DNA of 64,000 nt from positions 22,322,001 through 22,386,000 of the forward strand of contig NC_086097.1 of the NCBI RefSeq assembly GCF_963921235.1, in the 5' to 3' direction. Under the pieces are notes generated by a model that saw only the letters and a program-made list of their open reading frames with translations, was not told the origin of the DNA and ran no database searches. Below, piece after piece: positions 60,980 to 64,000 of the stretch. Positions within the stretch are counted from its first letter, which is position 1. Each line of letters starts with the position of its first letter. The position numbers and the translations under genes are program-made. The stretch comes from Mobula hypostoma. Taxonomy: Eukaryota.

Positions 60980-61775
60980 CATTGATTGGTCTTATCTCAA
61001 ACAATAACGAGGTGGCCTATAGGGAAGAAGTAATCTCTCTGACACAGTTGTGTCAAGAAAGCAACCTCTCCCTGAATGTCACAAAAACAAAGGAGCTGGT
61101 TGTGGATTACAGGAGGAATGGAGATGGGCTAGCTCCTATTGACGTCAATGGATTTGAGGTAGAGGGGGTAAACAGCTTTAAGTTCCTTGGCATCCACATT
61201 ATCGAGGACATGGCACAACAGCGCCTTTCACCTCAGACTATTGAGGAAGCACGGTATGGGCCTCCAGATCTTAAGAACTTTCTACAGGGTCACAATTGAG
61301 AGTATCCTGACTGGCTGCATCACTGCCTAGTATGGGAACTGTAACTCCCTTAATCGCAGGACTCTGCAGAGAGTAGTGTGGACAGCCTTGTGCATCTGTA
61401 GTTGTGAACTTCCCATGATTCAGGACACTTACAAGGACAAGTGTGTAAAAAGGGCCCGTAGGATCATTGGACACCCAGGTCTCCCCAACTACTATCTATT
61501 CCAGCTGCTACCATCCAGGAAGTGCTACGGGTACCACAGCATAAAAGCCAGGACCAACAGGCTCCGGGACAGCTTCTTCCACCAGGCCATCAGACTGATG
61601 AACTCACGCTGATATGAGTGTACTCTGTATTACACTGACTGTTCTAGTTATTATAAATGATTATAAATTACTATGATTGCACCTTGCACATTTAGGTGGA
61701 GATGCAACGTAAAGATTTTTACTCCTCATGTATGTGAAGGATGTAAGAAATAAAGTCAATTCAATTCAATTCAAT
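60980..61775 (+). mobile_element. Rex1/Babar 3' fragment
   Basis: IGLISNN.E.AYREEV..NLSLNVTKTKELVVDYRR; RLRDSFFHQAIRL; (CAATT)n tail. Confidence 0.88.
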
Positions 61776-61869
61776 GTCCTGTATAAAACTTTTTCATTGT
61801 TTCTGAACTGATAATTCTGTTTTCTTCATCTGGCATTCTTCATGTATCTATTTCGTCTGGTTTCGTATG

Positions 61870-62120
61870 CACCACATTGTCTGTTGTCTTCTCTCATTGC
61901 TTCCTCCAATGACCTCTGCTCAAAATGCTGCTCCAGCACTGCTAAGAGGGCCCTGCCGTTACACTGCTCAGCTGGCATTAGGTTAAGGAGGACCCACAGG
62001 GCATCTCGCTCCAGCACCAAGGCAATATGCATCACCGTCTTGGTGTGCCGTGTAGCAAGTTTGACTTGTGCCAGGTAAGACTCCAGGCAGCTGGTACTGT
62101 CGTATCTGGGAAGCTTCAGG
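61870..62120 (-). mobile_element. Gypsy gag-like fragment
   Basis: ALVLERDALWVLLNL.PAEQ..ALLAVLEQHF resembles a retrotransposon gag helix pattern; recognised by pattern only. Confidence 0.5.
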
Positions 62121-62553
62121 GTGGACTTTATGATGTGAATTGCTGAGTTGTTGTGTGAATTGTTTTAAGTTGTTGGCCTGGGGTAAATTTAGTAACACTG
62201 ATATTTATGCACAGACAATAAAGTGCAAGCTTCGATTAATTCAGAGCTGTGAAGTGAATTGTCTAACCTAGATTAACTGATGATAGATCAACAGTTCAAA
62301 GTTCCAAAAAATTATCAAAGTACATCTACGTAACCATATGGTACCTTAAGATTCATTTTATAGAATCACGTTCACAGTGGAACAAAGAAATACAATGGAA
62401 TAAACGAGAAACTACACACAATGACTGACAAACAACCAATGTGCAAAAGAAGACTACCTGTGCAAATATAAATAACAATAATAACAATAATGATGAAGTA
62501 AATAAATAAAACTGAGAACATAAGATGAAGAGTCCTTGAAGATGAATCCACAG

Positions 62554-63830
62554 TGTTATGTTTTGTAACTTCAAAACATTAAACTAATTGAAAAGAAAAG
62601 ATAGGAGTCTGAAATGTGAGGCTAGCTTTGTTTTGTTTACTGTAGTTCGAGACACGCATGAATGATGATGTAAGGTATTCACTTATTTTTACATATAACC
62701 CATAATGAATAACTTAAATGAACAAGAATGCTTAATCAACCAATAAATTTACAATATTACTCAAATATTGAGTACTGAGTGCCTCCCTGGAGGGGGCAGA
62801 AGATGGTGGTGCGACAGCAGTGCGCGCGGACACTTGGATGATGATATCTGTTATCTGTCAAGTAGGGGACTGTGCACAATCCTGATTTGATGGAGATAGA
62901 TGTGAGAGCACGGAGAAGCATCTGGAAAATTTCTGAAATGCCTGCTTCGCTGCCGCTGCTCCTGTGTGGTAACCGGAATCTCCGGAGCTGAAGGCCTCGA
63001 AATTCTCAGCTTTGCGTGTTTCAGCGGCCGGGGAGAGGTCAAAAGCGCTCAGCAGCGGAAGGCGCTCGGGAGGCTGTATCGGAGAGGCTGGTCGGAAGCT
63101 TGGATTTTTCGGACAGATGGACTCAGTGTCGGCTGTGGTCGACTGCTTTCAAGGCATCGGCAAGTTGTCGGTGCCTGGAGGTTTATGGCAGGGAGTTTCT
63201 CCCTTTTGCTGCCTGCTATCGGGACTCGGGAGTCAATCGACTTGGGACTTTGAGACTTTCTTTTGACTGTGCCTATGATCTGTTCTTCATCAAATTATGG
63301 TATTGTTTTGCACTGCTGCAACTATATGTTATAATTATGTGGTTCTGTCAGTGCTAGTCTTTGGTCTAACCTGTTTTCTGTGATATCATTCCGGAGAAAC
63401 GTTGTATCATTTCTTAATGCATGTATGCATTTCTAAATGACAATAAAAGAGGACTGGGTGTTCTCATAATCTAAATACTACTGAAATATTAAATATACAA
63501 CACTCCTCCCTGCCTAGCAATAAACTCTAACTGAAGTTAGAATGCATCTCAACTACATACGCAGTATACTATATAATGCAACTACTATACAGATGTCCAC
63601 AGCACAGTAAATTTTTAAGTTGCACTATTCGGGCCTAAAGATTCAGTAGCTGTGAGGCTTTCTTACTCTTGTCGGATAATGTTTTTCCTGACAAGGGCAA
63701 TCACTCTGCTTGGCTGGTGAGACTTGTGGCCGTGAAACAATGTCAGTTTCTGTGGAGGCTGTAGGAGCTGACTCAGAGACTGCAGGAAATGGTTCCGACA
63801 GCTTTGGATACCTTAATTCTGTTTTTCTCA
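62554..63830 (-). mobile_element. Gypsy 3' LTR (62554-63502) plus integrase C-terminal remnant
   Basis: TGTTA...TACAACA termini; polypurine tract complement CTCCTCCCTGCC (63503-63514); HYPTRVRKP motif in ORF 63643-63831. Confidence 0.75.
62775..63472 (+). mobile_element. CpG-rich non-autonomous LINE-like insert within the LTR
   Basis: Abrupt GC-rich block starting with AAGATGG (YY1-like motif) and ending AATGACAATAAA, a Rex-type tail; the AT-rich LTR resumes after it. Confidence 0.55.
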
Positions 63831-64000
63831 CCTTTTCTCTCTGGATTTACTTGCTTCTCTCCCAGTCCTGTCTTCATTCTCTCCCTCTATCCTGCTCTCA
63901 ATCCCTGTCATGGTCTATCTCTATCTCTTCACTCTTTTCCAACTGGTCTCCTCACTTTTTCTCACCTTCCTTTTTCTTTTTCCTCAGATGCGCACCTTGG

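Larger units (their letters stand above)
56080..61870 (-). mobile_element. R4/Dong-clade (RLE endonuclease) non-LTR retrotransposon in four pieces: 56080-56635, 58953-60217, 60265-60400, 61776-61870
   Basis: Hand translation of the - strand: FWSNIWS..HNQEASW; LLPKG..DPSKFHPINCL; EEQTGC..GCKEQLIIDS; RGIFQG..LWFCLAL; HLLYMDH; IYLIDITIP..EKHQKYAEL..LWNM..VPIVISTTG. Confidence 0.85.

Noticed and set aside
126..60982. Recurrent small ORFs with AAGQAAS..VDVSGRDP or PETSTVPLPRDAAWPAAF peptides, resembling a multicopy protein family
   Set aside because: They are chance translations of both strands of the non-coding Penelope pseudo-LTR and lie downstream of the element's real stop codon.
60407..62401. 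~50-bp direct repeat at 60407-60457 and 62351-62401 as LTRs or a large TSD
   Set aside because: The second copy is part of a Rex-type tail, there are no LTR termini, and the intervening DNA is explained by other elements.
62785..62799. CTCF-like CCTGGAGGGGGCAG
   Set aside because: Mismatch at a core position and located at the head of a repeat insertion; the motif alone is too weak.

Overview
This is repeat-dense vertebrate genomic DNA, not prokaryotic. The mix of CR1, Rex1/Babar, Penelope-like, L1/Tx1, V-SINE, Gypsy, hAT and Tc1/mariner elements suggests a cartilaginous fish such as a ray or shark (inference from repeat content only). Most of the window is decayed, often nested transposable elements, and nearly all entries in the ORF track are TE fragments or chance frames. 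Four things stand out. (1) About 16 Penelope-derived pseudo-LTR copies carry a minimal type-I hammerhead ribozyme motif (stem I AGTC/GACT, CTGAYGA, stem II, GAA, ACGT-C); five keep the catalytic core. They include a non-coding 509-bp unit with a hammerhead on each strand and a 12-bp TSD, and a 111-bp mini-unit. (2) Four phase-compatible candidate exons (34685-34800, 35134-35342, 44432-~44551, 53531-53600 plus AATAAA) form the 3' end of an unidentified + strand host gene. (3) An R4/Dong-clade retrotransposon absent from the ORF track (about 56.1-61.9 kb, - strand) is split by five later insertions. (4) An 89-bp highly structured insert with a perfect 10-bp TSD sits in a hAT element whose paralog in the same window shows the empty site. 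Boundaries of decayed elements are approximate; TSD- or TIR-defined ends were counted by hand.
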